From Eledone cirrhosa (Eukaryota), in the NCBI GenBank assembly GCA_964016885.1, contig OZ024740.1, positions 71,362,001 through 71,426,000 on the forward strand: a stretch of DNA of 64,000 bases. Reading direction: 5' to 3'. This document shows, piece by piece, positions 40,701 through 48,944 of the stretch. Every line of letters starts with the position of its first letter. The stretch's first letter is position 1. The position numbers and the translations under genes are program-made. The notes below the pieces were generated by a model. The model saw only the letters and a program-made list of their open reading frames with translations. It was not told where the DNA came from and made no database searches.

Positions 40701-43058
40701 TGCTTTTTGTCAAGGTATCAGCATGGCTAGCTTACAGGATGGGCTGGGTGCTATGTTATGGGCAAAGTTGTTTAATAGCTTTAAAAAAAATCACAAAAGA
40801 CCCTGTTCAGACTGTCCTCATCAACTCCCAGAGACTATCCCAGGCCATTGTCACTCATATTTACAACTAACCATCTATAGAATGCAAGTGTGCGTGCATT
40901 TTTTTTTCTGGATTTATATTTCCTAAAGTATGTAATTAACAAAATTTACTAAATGTGAAGCAAATAAATAAATATAAAATATTTAAACATATATTATAAT
41001 CAAAGTGTATATGAAGGCATATACAGTGTTTATGTATAATAAACATACAAGAGTCTGGGTATGAATGTTTTAAGCTGAAATCATGTCACAGCTACCTCAG
41101 TAGCAGTGTGAGCACATCATGTTTCGGAATTTTCATCCGCCATTGGTAACATTAACTCTTTAGGAACTGAGACAAGAATGATATATATATTTTTGTGTAT
41201 AAAACATTGACTGAATGCATACAGTACAAACTTGACCAACTAGAATTAATCAACAGTAGCACTAATATATGTTTATTATACATAAAAATATGATACATGC
41301 CTTCATACAAACCTCTATTATCAACCACACTGTCAGTACTATTAATTAAATGTATATTAGTTTAAGTAGAATTTGTTAAACATAAACTAACATTAGTTAC
41401 AGATACAGTCCAGAATTAACTGAGACTACATGAATGTGTATTGGAGTCTCATCAAAAGTATTTAAATCATTGATCATTATTTAATCATTTTGATACCAAT
41501 CTACCTTCGATGCTACGATAAACTTGCCTATGTTAAGTATTCAGACCTATAATTTTGTATAAGAACTTGTTTATGTTCTATATGTCAACTTAATGAAAAC
41601 GATATTTTACTAAACTCTCCAATTTATTGGTTATTTTCAACATTAACAGAAACAAATGGTAATGAAGGGGTGAGTTTAATCATAGTGCTTTAATTTTCTT
41701 TCAACTCCACTAATTCTTACAGAAAGATGGGAATCCTTGACATTTGAGCAATAAGAAACGAAAATGTTTTATTAGATTGACTGGTTTCATTTAGTACTTA
41801 TACGTAGAGCATTATGATTTCTAATTTAGGCTCAAAGTCAGTAATTTTGGAAGTGTATTAAATCGACCGATGTACTGGACTGGTACTTTATTTTATCGAC
41901 CCCGGAAGGATGAAAAAACAAAGCTAACCTACCCGGGATTTGAACACAACGTAAAGAGTAACTATGTCGCTTAATACATATTCTTCAATAAAATTCTGCA
42001 GAGATGCGTTTTTAACGGTATGGATTACAATTATGATGATGATGATGATAAAAATGGGGGGGGGGGGGGTATAATTGTAGAAATGGCACGTTCCTGTTGA
42101 AAATCTGACATTAATCAGACTGATTTTATTTATTATCAACATGAAATTCGAAGGTATTATGAATTAAATTCCAAATTTACATGGCTTACAACAAACCCAA
42201 ATCGAAATAAATAAAAACACTAATGAACGGAAGAACGATACAATAATGAAAGTATTCAGTTCCAAGTAATCGTAAAAAACTAGCTTACGACCAAACATGA
42301 TTTTGTTTTTAGTTTCATCAATATGATCGTAATCTAAACCTTTAAAAATGTGTCTTAGCAAAATAACATGCATTATGAAAAAGGTTATGACGAAACAAAT
42401 TTGGTGGGGATGGGGCACTAAACGGTAGATATATTTCCGCTGTTTTGATAGGGGTATAGTCCCATCGTTGGCTCCTGTGTGTCTCTCTCTCATATATATA
42501 TATATAAAGCAGGGCATGCGAAGAGCTTCACTTTCTTATTTCCAGCCCTATTAGCAATAATCACTACCATTTTTTATCATAATTTTTCTTTCATTACAAA
42601 ACACTAATTGTTATCGGATCCGTGGAATACGAAAAACGTGTAGAAAAATTTGAATCAACTTCAATGTTCATTTATTTAAAGAATTATCGGACTTAATTTC
42701 TAAAATATTTTTGTAGTTTATTCATATAATCGCAGATATATAAAATTTAAATCAGTTGTCTCGAGTAAATTTCAAAAGGACTATATCAAAATGAAACAAA
42801 GATGTTTTATTAAGACCCAACAACTCATATATCTTACAAATTATATACGTAACAAAAAAAATGGGACGAGTACAACACGTGACAATACAAGAACATATAA
42901 ACATGTATATTACTTTATAATTATTAACAAATTGCGTTTTACCTTTGTGAATCATCAACAGATACTTTCTCTTCTTCATTTTTCTTATCAATTACACTAG
43001 AATTTTCGGTTTTCGACTCAAATATATCAAAAAGATCGTCTCCAAATGTAGACGCCAT
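2612..43058 (-). CDS. MTREX: Exosome RNA helicase MTR4 (Ski2-like DExH helicase), complete spliced CDS, 26 exons, about 1024 aa
   Basis: Manual exon joining gives an open frame from ATG 43058 ([14 protein letters not shown]) to TAG 2612-2614 ([12 protein letters not shown]). Motifs seen: [64 protein letters not shown], arch/[11 protein letters not shown] and the ratchet helix. All introns are GT-AG and phases match. Confidence 0.97.
3437..3541 (-). CDS. MTREX: MTR4 exon 25 ([16 protein letters not shown]...LENKFSE; ratchet helix)
   Basis: cag/gtatag splice sites. Confidence 0.95.
4950..5112 (-). CDS. MTREX: MTR4 exon 24 ([14 protein letters not shown]...ICKMTDIFE)
   Basis: cag/gtataa splice sites. 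Confidence 0.95.
5725..5940 (-). mobile_element. tRNA-derived SINE of the same family (another copy at about 5170-5370)
   Basis: Same core, with tRNA-like head GGCGGTGGATTGGCAG. Confidence 0.75.
6295..7055 (+). mobile_element. Decayed RTE-type LINE 3' fragment with (GAT)n tail
   Basis: KVERFKY...[14 protein letters not shown]; homologous to 38380-38900. Confidence 0.7.
7141..7303 (-). CDS. MTREX: MTR4 exon 23 ([15 protein letters not shown]...ALLSCFV...MQ)
   Basis: cag/gtatgt splice sites. Confidence 0.94.
7481..7725. mobile_element. piggyBac-type MITE
   Basis: TTAA on both sides; termini CCCATTTGATACCA / TGGTAATGAAGGGG; related decayed copies at about 11395-11680 and 41480-41672. Confidence 0.62.
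8277..8440 (-). CDS. MTREX: MTR4 exon 22 (...[18 protein letters not shown]...KGRVACEI)
   Basis: tag/gtaatt splice sites. Confidence 0.95.
9582..9677 (-). CDS. MTREX: MTR4 exon 21 ([15 protein letters not shown]...ERKAK)
   Basis: cag/gtaaat splice sites. Confidence 0.94.
9881..9973 (-). CDS. MTREX: MTR4 exon 20 ([21 protein letters not shown]...)
   Basis: cag/gtacca splice sites. Confidence 0.94.
10898..11008 (-). CDS. MTREX: MTR4 exon 19 (VVPIL...[12 protein letters not shown]...KSVQ)
   Basis: cag/gtattt splice sites. Confidence 0.94.
11094..11213 (-). CDS. MTREX: MTR4 exon 18 ([13 protein letters not shown]...KGEMQ)
   Basis: cag/gtattt splice sites; KGEMQ. Confidence 0.9.
11805..12330 (-). 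mobile_element. Three tandem SINE copies
   Basis: Repeated ataattgtttctacttttggcacaaggccagcaatt...gttaacctcggc units. Confidence 0.78.
13194..13265 (-). CDS. MTREX: MTR4 exon 17 ([19 protein letters not shown]; KOW domain)
   Basis: cag/gtaaat splice sites. Confidence 0.93.
13354..13526 (-). CDS. MTREX: MTR4 exon 16 (arch stalk ...YYKIRQQL...FLQPGRLVK)
   Basis: tag/gtgagt splice sites. Confidence 0.94.
14469..14619 (-). CDS. MTREX: MTR4 exon 15 ([24 protein letters not shown]...)
   Basis: Winged-helix start; tag/gtacgt splice sites. Confidence 0.95.
17321..17446 (-). CDS. MTREX: MTR4 exon 14 ([22 protein letters not shown]...)
   Basis: Motif VI; tag/gtaaga splice sites. Confidence 0.96.
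17560..18130 (+). mobile_element. Highly decayed RTE-type LINE fragment
   Basis: FWCLGD...WKRFWEL...[16 protein letters not shown] remnants. Confidence 0.55.
18341..18454. repeat. Intronic hairpin with arms of about 42-47 bp
   Basis: GATGATGATGATGTAATACAGCAGAATGTATGAATTTAATGG and its exact reverse complement. Confidence 0.88.
19317..19418 (-). CDS. MTREX: MTR4 exon 13 ([19 protein letters not shown]...KFDGKDFRW)
   Basis: Motif V; tag/gtgagt splice sites. Confidence 0.96.
19826..20822 (-). mobile_element. Internally deleted piggyBac element with transposase N-terminal pseudogene
   Basis: TTAA TSDs at 19822 and 20823; TIRs CCCTTTAGCATTCA / TGAACACTAAAAGG; minus-strand frame 20615 to about 20215 has an acidic N-terminus with FEGF, one stop, then LDYFFLF...EINRYAQQ. 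Confidence 0.82.
21035..22000. mobile_element. RTE-type LINE: inverted RT-region piece (21035-21315, minus) joined to a forward 3' end with (GAT)n tail
   Basis: GKAAGPS...[19 protein letters not shown] on minus; [10 protein letters not shown] and 3' UTR on plus. Confidence 0.8.
22260..24063 (+). mobile_element. 5'-truncated RTE-type LINE (RT pseudogene)
   Basis: [43 protein letters not shown], (GAT)n tail; several stops and frameshifts. Confidence 0.92.
24756..24866 (-). CDS. MTREX: MTR4 exon 12 ([21 protein letters not shown]...)
   Basis: HHGGLLP; cag/gtttgt splice sites. Confidence 0.95.
25045..25430 (-). mobile_element. Decayed RTE-type LINE 3' fragment
   Basis: [11 protein letters not shown]; reverse complement of the 38490-39030 family. 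Confidence 0.7.
26512..26591 (-). CDS. MTREX: MTR4 exon 11 ([26 protein letters not shown])
   Basis: AAG acceptor, gtcagt donor, phase fits. Confidence 0.9.
27200..27352 (-). mobile_element. Second tRNA-derived SINE family (related plus-strand copy at about 60430-60610)
   Basis: TGGCTTAGTGG A box, GAGTTCAATTC B box, then CCTTGAGCAAGACACT body. Confidence 0.7.
28400..28531 (-). CDS. MTREX: MTR4 exon 10 ([25 protein letters not shown]...)
   Basis: Motif IV; cag/gtaaat splice sites. Confidence 0.94.
29376..29484 (-). CDS. MTREX: MTR4 exon 9 ([15 protein letters not shown]...)
   Basis: FRE-NF motif; cag/gtaagt splice sites. Confidence 0.93.
29513..30772 (+). mobile_element. 5'-truncated RTE-type LINE, same family as 22260-24063
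   Basis: Begins at the (YA)DDL motif; [25 protein letters not shown], 3' UTR. Confidence 0.9.
30838..30936 (-). CDS. MTREX: MTR4 exon 8 ([23 protein letters not shown]...)
   Basis: RPTPLQHY; cag/gtaagt splice sites. Confidence 0.95.
31461..31585 (-). CDS. MTREX: MTR4 exon 7 ([10 protein letters not shown]...[14 protein letters not shown])
   Basis: Motif III SAT; cag/gtatgt splice sites. Confidence 0.96.
32420..32617. mobile_element. piggyBac-type MITE
   Basis: TTAA-CCCCTTAGCATTTA ... TAAATGCTAAAGGG-TTAA; same TIR family as 19826-20822. Confidence 0.8.
32695..32785 (-). CDS. MTREX: MTR4 exon 6 ([11 protein letters not shown]...[10 protein letters not shown])
   Basis: DEIH box; cag/gtatgt splice sites. 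Confidence 0.96.
33536..33710 (-). CDS. MTREX: MTR4 exon 5 (YAIAMSLQ...[12 protein letters not shown]...CLVMTTE)
   Basis: Motif Ia; cag/gtaagt splice sites. Confidence 0.96.
33800..34392 (-). mobile_element. LINE fragment (APE endonuclease C-terminus and linker)
   Basis: [26 protein letters not shown]. Confidence 0.7.
34897..35072 (-). CDS. MTREX: MTR4 exon 4 (VALPPDEE...LDPFQ...[11 protein letters not shown]; Q motif and Walker A)
   Basis: cag acceptor, gtaagt donor; motif I. Confidence 0.95.
36191..36260 (-). CDS. MTREX: MTR4 exon 3 ([19 protein letters not shown])
   Basis: ctag acceptor, gtaatc donor; CTHE motif. Confidence 0.9.
37250..39035. mobile_element. RTE-type LINE of a second family: inverted APE piece (37250-37460, minus) plus forward RT to 3' end
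   Basis: MGGFNAHVG...ALLDFC on minus; [34 protein letters not shown] on plus. Confidence 0.85.
39442..39540 (-). CDS. MTREX: MTR4 exon 2 ([15 protein letters not shown]...[10 protein letters not shown])
   Basis: tacag acceptor, gtgagt donor, phase 2 to phase 2; poorly conserved N-terminal region. Confidence 0.78.
40428..40760 (-). mobile_element. RTE 3'-UTR-derived repeat with internal tandem units of about 40 bp
   Basis: Repeated gtggactgggtgctttttgt units; same 3' end as the RTE copies. Confidence 0.65.
42943..43058 (-). CDS. MTREX: MTR4 coding exon 1 ([14 protein letters not shown]...)
   Basis: ATG in aagATGg context; N-terminus resembles metazoan MTR4; donor AG|gtaaaa. Confidence 0.88.
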
Positions 43059-43155
43059 CTTCTAAAATATAAATGTGGCTTCCGGAAGTGATAGAAGCAA
43101 GTCCGATAATCGAGGAACATAAGCTATATTTTCATAGTCGTCATATGGCGGGTAA
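43052..43155. promoter_or_regulatory. MTREX core promoter with housekeeping-type motifs
   Basis: Palindromic double ETS site CTTCCGGAAG(TG) at 43079-43090; YY1-like AAGATGGCG overlapping the start codon; opposite-strand ATGGCGG at 43145; local CpG enrichment. Confidence 0.6.
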
Positions 43156-43238
43156 TTTTGGTAGTGTGTGTGAGTGTATTATATAATTATATATAAGTAG
43201 AAGGGGTATTTAATTTGTTGGAAGTCCAACAAATATAA

Positions 43239-43603
43239 GGCATACGTCAAGACGGGCGGTCTCAAAAGTGAAACTAATTTTTGATATATATGTGGGGGTG
43301 TATATGTGTGTGTGTATGTATATATATATGTGTTTGTGTCATCATCATCGTTTAACGTCTATCTTCCACGCAAGTATGGGTTTAGACGTATATATATGTT
43401 TGTGTGTATATATGTGTTTGTGTGTATATATATGTGTGTTTGTGTGTATATATATGTGTCTGTATATATATATGTGTGTATGTATATATATATTTATGCA
43501 CACATACACATTTGTATGAATTTGTAGATGTAAATTCACAATCCAAATTGAAAGTAATCACTTACGTAACTTTCAAAAATTAGTTTCACTTTTGACGTAT
43601 GCC
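43239..43603. mobile_element. MITE-like inverted-repeat element containing microsatellite
   Basis: GGCATACGTCAA[+15]AAGTGAAACTAATTTTTGA at 43239-43284 versus its reverse complement at 43573-43603. Confidence 0.55.
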
Positions 43604-43705
43604 CAAATATAAATGTTTATAACTAATTTAGAGTACTCAACAATTTACTGGAGTAAATATTCAATGATATTAAATAAATGGAAACTATATTTATAAAACC
43701 ATATT

Positions 43706-43768
43706 TATTTTATTATATATATTTCAAGGGTACCAAGACACATTGATACGCTTTCATCAGATAAAATA
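43706..43768 (-). ncRNA. Minimal type I hammerhead ribozyme
   Basis: TATTTTAT-CTGATGA-AAGCGTATCAA...TTGGTACCCTT-GAAA-TATATA-TA-ATAAAATA. Confidence 0.82.
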
Positions 43769-43812
43769 CAAAGTTTGTTTTATAAATAGAGACATACCCA
43801 TGAAATCATACC

Positions 43813-43871
43813 TTATCGGATGAAAGCGTATCAATGTGTCTTGGTACCCTTGAAATATATATAATAAAATA
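43813..43871 (+). ncRNA. Hammerhead copy with mutated core and shortened stem I (probably inactive)
   Basis: CGGATGA at 43817 in place of CTGATGA; otherwise the inverted copy of 43706-43768. Confidence 0.6.
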
Positions 43872-44098
43872 AATATGGTTTTATAAATATATTTCCATTT
43901 ATTTAATATCATTATATATATAACTTTGCCTTTCATCCTTACGGGGTCGATAACATAAAGTACCAGTAATGCACTGGTTATTTGCTGGCCTTGTGCCTAA
44001 CGTAGAAACAATTATATATATATACATTCATATGTATGTACGTATGTATGTGTATATATATATATACATACATATATACATTCATATGCACGTATGTA

Positions 44099-44132
<34 letters not shown>

Positions 44133-44279
44133 ACAACTAGAAATTGATTAACATATAAATAAACATATGAAACAATCACAGGGGATAATTTTTACAAGTG
44201 TGTAAGCACACATAGATAGGTAGGTAACTAAATAAAGTTAACTAGAACTTCAAAAATAGATACCTTATAATCTTAATTT

Positions 44280-44360
<81 letters not shown>

Positions 44361-44410
44361 TACCTTGATTAAATCTTAACCATTTAACATCTCAGAGTAT
44401 GTCATGTATC

Positions 44411-44472
44411 ATTATATTTTGTCTGATGAGGACGTACTGTTGTACATCCGAAATATGTATAATAAAATGTAA
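44411..44472 (+). ncRNA. Minimal type I hammerhead ribozyme
   Basis: ATTATATTTTGT-CTGATGA-GGACGTAC tgtt GTACATCC-GAAA-TATGTA-TA-ATAAAATGTAAT. Confidence 0.82.
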
Positions 44473-44504
44473 TTGATCAAAAGAACATCTATTTTATTAA
44501 TACT

Positions 44505-44586
<82 letters not shown>

Positions 44587-44623
44587 ATTAAATAAATGGA
44601 AACTATATTTATAAAACCATATT

Positions 44624-44689
44624 TATTTCGTTATATATATTTCAGGGATATCATATTAACAATATGTTATGCCTTCTTCAGACAAAATA
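44624..44689 (-). ncRNA. Minimal hammerhead ribozyme in the left inverted arm
   Basis: Reverse complement of 47203-47268. Confidence 0.75.
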
Positions 44690-45111
44690 CAATATAAACA
44701 GTCTAAATAAATAGATACGACATACCTTTCAATCACCTTGCATTTGGGAGGTTGATTTGGCAGTAAAAAATATTGTGGACAGTTGTAAAAAGAAAGATAG
44801 AAAGAAAGAAAGAAAGAGAAACGAAGAAAAAGAAGAAATGCATGTGACTAAATAGAGAGATATAGAAAGATAGATAAAGAGAAGAACTTCATGTAAAGAA
44901 ACAGAGAGAAATATATATAGAGAGAGGAAAAAAAAGAAAGAGATAGATAGAGATAGATAGAGAAACTAGGAAGTTGAGTATCGGTTGATACATTTATTTA
45001 TTTATTTATTTATTTATTTAGCTCTAGTATTAATGTAAAGATAGATGTATGTAGTTAAGAGAGAAAATAGCCGTTATATAGAGAGAAAAAAGAGAAAATG
45101 AAAAAGAGAAA

Positions 45112-45860
45112 ATGAAAAACAACCTTAACAACTATAATAGAAAGCATTACAATAATTCCAAAAGCCATAAAAGAAATAGAACTAGGAATATAATATGGTT
45201 TGCCCCCCCCCCCCTTTCTCACTAAACATTAAAACCCACATTGCTAAACTATTTTTTAAAGCTCTCGATAATCGCTTCCCTAGAACACATAGGTATCACT
45301 CAATTTTCAATAGACATACTATAAAACTAACCTACTCATCCACCAAAAATTTAGCGCAAAATATTAATAGAATAAATAACAGGAACTTAAAACCTAGCGA
45401 CAATAGCATAAATAATATCCAAGTTAACAAATGTAACTGTAGAGATAGATCTAAATGTCCTTTAAATAACAACTGCTTAGTTAAAAATATAATATACAAC
45501 TGTAATGTTAAAACGGACGTTAATTCTTTTAACTACGTTGGTTCTACATCGCCAGAATTTAAACTTCGCTATAACAACCACAAGAATTCTTTCACAGATC
45601 CATCCAAAAAATCTTCAACAGCACTATCAGGCGTACTCTGGCAACTTAGGCATGATAACGTTAGATATTCGACGACTTGGAATATAGTTTCAAGGGGGAT
45701 TCCTTTTAATTCATCCTCTGAGACATGTGACCTCTGTGCGGAGGAGATATTCTTTATACTAAAATCTAAAAATTCCCTTAATCTACGGACAAATTTATTC
45801 AGTTGCTGCAGACATAGATTGAACTCAACGTTTAAATATAAATTTAAATTTAAAATGTAG
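45112..45860 (+). pseudogene. Penelope-type GIY-YIG endonuclease with Cys-rich linker; one frameshift in a C12 run
   Basis: RNIIWFAPP/FS...CNCRDRSKCPLNNNC, IIY...YVG, FKLRYNNH, STALS, CDLCAEE, LN, CRH. Confidence 0.85.
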
Positions 45861-45921
45861 TTATGTTTGATTTGATTTGTAATTATTTATGAAACTAGCC
45901 GATAAATCTTTCGATTTCTTC

Positions 45922-45989
45922 TTTTTATTAAAACATTCTTTTTATTAAAACATTCTTTTTATTAAAACATTCTTTTTATTAAAACATTC
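45922..45989. repeat. 17-bp tandem repeat, four copies
   Basis: (TTTTTATTAAAACATTC)4. Confidence 0.9.
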
Positions 45990-47202
45990 TTCATGAATAA
46001 TTAAACTACCCTAAAAGCTGATGCTCCAAATATATAGAATTAAATTTTACACTAGATAAACTTCTATATTAAATATAAGAACATATATAGACCAAATGGG
46101 TATCCTAAACTTTTGGAATGATTTCTGCTAGACAGGATTTGGTAAACAATTTTTGTTTTATCTGTTTCGACTCTGATGATTATGATGAACTTGGCAATAT
46201 ATTGTCAATTAACTTTGAAAGGCTGATCTCTGTGGCCGATTTGCGTGGCATACTAGGTTTATTTTTATTATTTTTTAATATTTTGTAATATTTTTTATTT
46301 TTAATATTAAATGTTTTAGTTTTCTGTTTATTTATTTATTTTCTTGTCTCTGATATTTTTATTTTTTATTTTTATTTATTTTTATTTTTATTTTTATTAA
46401 TATAGTGAAATCTGTTCTCTATTTCTGCTTGATCGACAATCATGTAGAGTAAAGACAAGAATAGTATTGTTAAAATTAATATAGACTCTATATATATGTG
46501 TATATATACACACATATATGTATGCTTGAATTTTTATAGCACAATGAGAATGTTTTCGTGTGAATTGGGAGTTTGTTTATAATTATGATATAAACATATG
46601 AATTTTTAAAAACTAGACATAAGATCATTACTTTTCACACATTATAGATACATGTCTCATTCATGAATACTGATATTTACATTATAATGCCTGTTTTATA
46701 CGAACTAATATTTTCTACGGGATAAAACATAGCGTTTTTAAATCCTGCCTCGTTTATGTCTGGTTATTTTTCATTTTCTCTTTTTCATTTTCTCTTTTCT
46801 CTCTCTATATAACGGCTATTTTCTCTCTTAACTACATACATCTCTCTTTACATTAATACTAGAGCTAAATAAATAAATAAATAAATAAATAAATGTATCA
46901 ACCGATACTCAACTTCCTAGTTTCTCTATCTATCTCTATCTATCTCTTTCTTTTTTTCCTCTCTCTATATATAATTCTCTCTGTTTCTTTACATGAAGTT
47001 CTTCTCTTTATCTATCTTTCTATATCTCTCTATTTAGTCACATGCATTTCTTCTTTTTCTTCTTTTCTCTTTCTTTCTTTCTTTCTTTCTATCTTTCTTT
47101 TTACAACTGTCCACAATATTTTTTACTGCCAAATCAACCTCCCAAATGCAAGGTGATTGAAAGGTATGTCGTATCTATTTATTTATAAGACTGTTTATAT
47201 TG

Positions 47203-47268
47203 TATTTTGTCTGAAGAAGGCATAACATATTGTTAATATGATATCCCTGAAATATATATAACGAAATA
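47203..47268 (+). ncRNA. Minimal type I hammerhead ribozyme, sense to and downstream of the GIY-YIG ORF
   Basis: TATTTTGT-CTGAAGA-AGG...CCT-GAAA-TATATA-TA-ACGAAATA. Confidence 0.78.
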
Positions 47269-47394
47269 AATATGGTTTTATAAATATAGTTTCCATTTAT
47301 TTAATATCATAAATATACTCCAAATACTTGTTGAGTGCTTTTATATCAGTTATAAATATTTACTCGTTGTTAACCCAACAATTTAAATATAACT

Positions 47395-47455
<61 letters not shown>

Positions 47456-47483
47456 AACAAAAGATGGTTAAAAGAGTTCCATG

Positions 47484-47554
47484 TATTTTATTATGCGCAT
47501 TTCAAAAACAAATATCATCATGCAATAATATTTGTGTTTTCATCAGATAAAACA
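47484..47554 (-). ncRNA. Minimal type I hammerhead ribozyme
   Basis: TGTTTTAT-CTGATGA-AAACACAAATATTAT...ATGATATTTGTTTTT-GAAA-TGCGCA-TA-ATAAAATA. Confidence 0.8.
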
Positions 47555-48363
47555 TGAAGACATGATATGAAGGTTAAAAAACACTTGTGGATAGTTCAGT
47601 TTTAAATCAACATATGAGAAGTAGTTTTAGATTGATGCGTGATATTGGGAAAAATATTTTATTTAGAGGGGGGGGGTGGAAAGGATGAAAAAGAGGAGGA
47701 GATGAGAGTAAAAAGTGGAGAGGGAGGAGTATAATGAGGAAGGATGAGATAGGAGGAGAGATGGGTGATAGATAGAGAGAGATAGCTTTTATAACTGAGA
47801 AAGATATATTGTTTTACATAGAGAGGTTGAAAACCGTTGGAAGATAATGAATAAATTAAAAGAATTTGAAAATTAACGAAGAGAAAAATAATGTAAAGTT
47901 AAGGTTTGTATATTGAGGGGTTTGATAATATGTGCGATGAAAAAAGAAAATGTTAATATGTATTGAGAATAATGTTTAAGGGTTTAATAATATGTGCGAT
48001 GTTAAGTAAGGAAATATTGTGAGATGAATGAGTTAGATGAAAGGGAGAAAAGAATAATGAATTGAGGATGAATAATCTAACGTCAAAAAAATGTATATGT
48101 TTACGAAGGATTTTTACAAGGTGATATAGAGTAAGAATGTATTGTATTATGTAATAATTGATTCTATGTTAGGCAAGAGTGAGAAAAGGTACAGATTAGG
48201 GGTTAGACATTAAAAGAAGAAGAGAAGAATGATTAACAAGTATTATAGAATGTATAATAACCTTTGAAATAAGGTAGAAAGATGGGTATATTTTTAAAAG
48301 AAGTGTATATATATATATATGTGCCTTTGAGAAAAAGATTCTAAATTGATAAAGAATTGAATA

Positions 48364-48909
48364 TTAGCTGTATACTTTGTGAAATGTTTTATGGAATTTA
48401 TGCAAGCAGATAGAAAACAAGTCAGTGCGTCTATTTATTATAGAATCTAAATTAGAAATAATGGTAAATTTTTCATTTAGGCAGAGATTGCAAATTTTGG
48501 ATAGAGAACTGTTCAAGTCTGAAGACGCAGAAGAAACCTTCTTCCAAAAGATGCTATATTTAATATTTTTGTCTTTCAAGGACCATATGAGTTCTGAGAG
48601 AGCCGTGTTGGTTCTTTTAAGTTTGTATTTAAAAGGCGAATGATGGTTATAAAGACGAGCTTTAAAAGAGGTGGAAGTGGAGCCAAAATAGGTGAAGGAA
48701 TTGGTGTCAGTTATAACTTTACATTCGTAAATTAAGTTTTTATCAAGACAATGGTTGTTGAGAGGACATTTATTTTTAATAGGGCAATTGCAATTGCGAT
48801 TAGAGAGATTATTAATGAGTGACCTAGTGTTATCTATAGAAGGAATTGGATTGGAGAAGTTATTTGCGATAGGAATAATAGTTTCTTGATTTAGAATGGG
48901 ATTAAGAAC

Positions 48910-48910
<1 letters not shown>
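48364..48910 (-). pseudogene. GIY-YIG endonuclease frame, stop-free but lacking a start
   Basis: CNCPIKNKCPLNNHC, LIY...YFG, FKARLYNH, TALS, CNLCLNEK, IN, CLH. Confidence 0.85.

Positions 48911-48944
<34 letters not shown>

Larger units (their letters stand above)
43608..43913 (-). mobile_element. Penelope-like terminal repeat with inverted partial copy
   Basis: 43664-43764 and 43813-43913 are about 100-bp inverted repeats; homologous to 47200-47360. Confidence 0.72.
44581..47398 (+). mobile_element. Penelope-like element lacking RT: GIY-YIG ORF flanked by about 545-bp inverted repeats
   Basis: Arms 44581-45124 and 46762-47311 are near-identical reverse complements; bounded by (TA)n arrays. 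Confidence 0.85.
47453..48913 (-). mobile_element. Second 5'-truncated Penelope-like element
   Basis: GIY-YIG frame, pyrimidine-rich 3' region and terminal hammerhead; (TA)n on both sides. Confidence 0.82.

Noticed and set aside
40550-40760. CRISPR-like spaced repeats
   Set aside because: Eukaryotic context; the spacers are themselves homologous, so this is a LINE 3' UTR minisatellite
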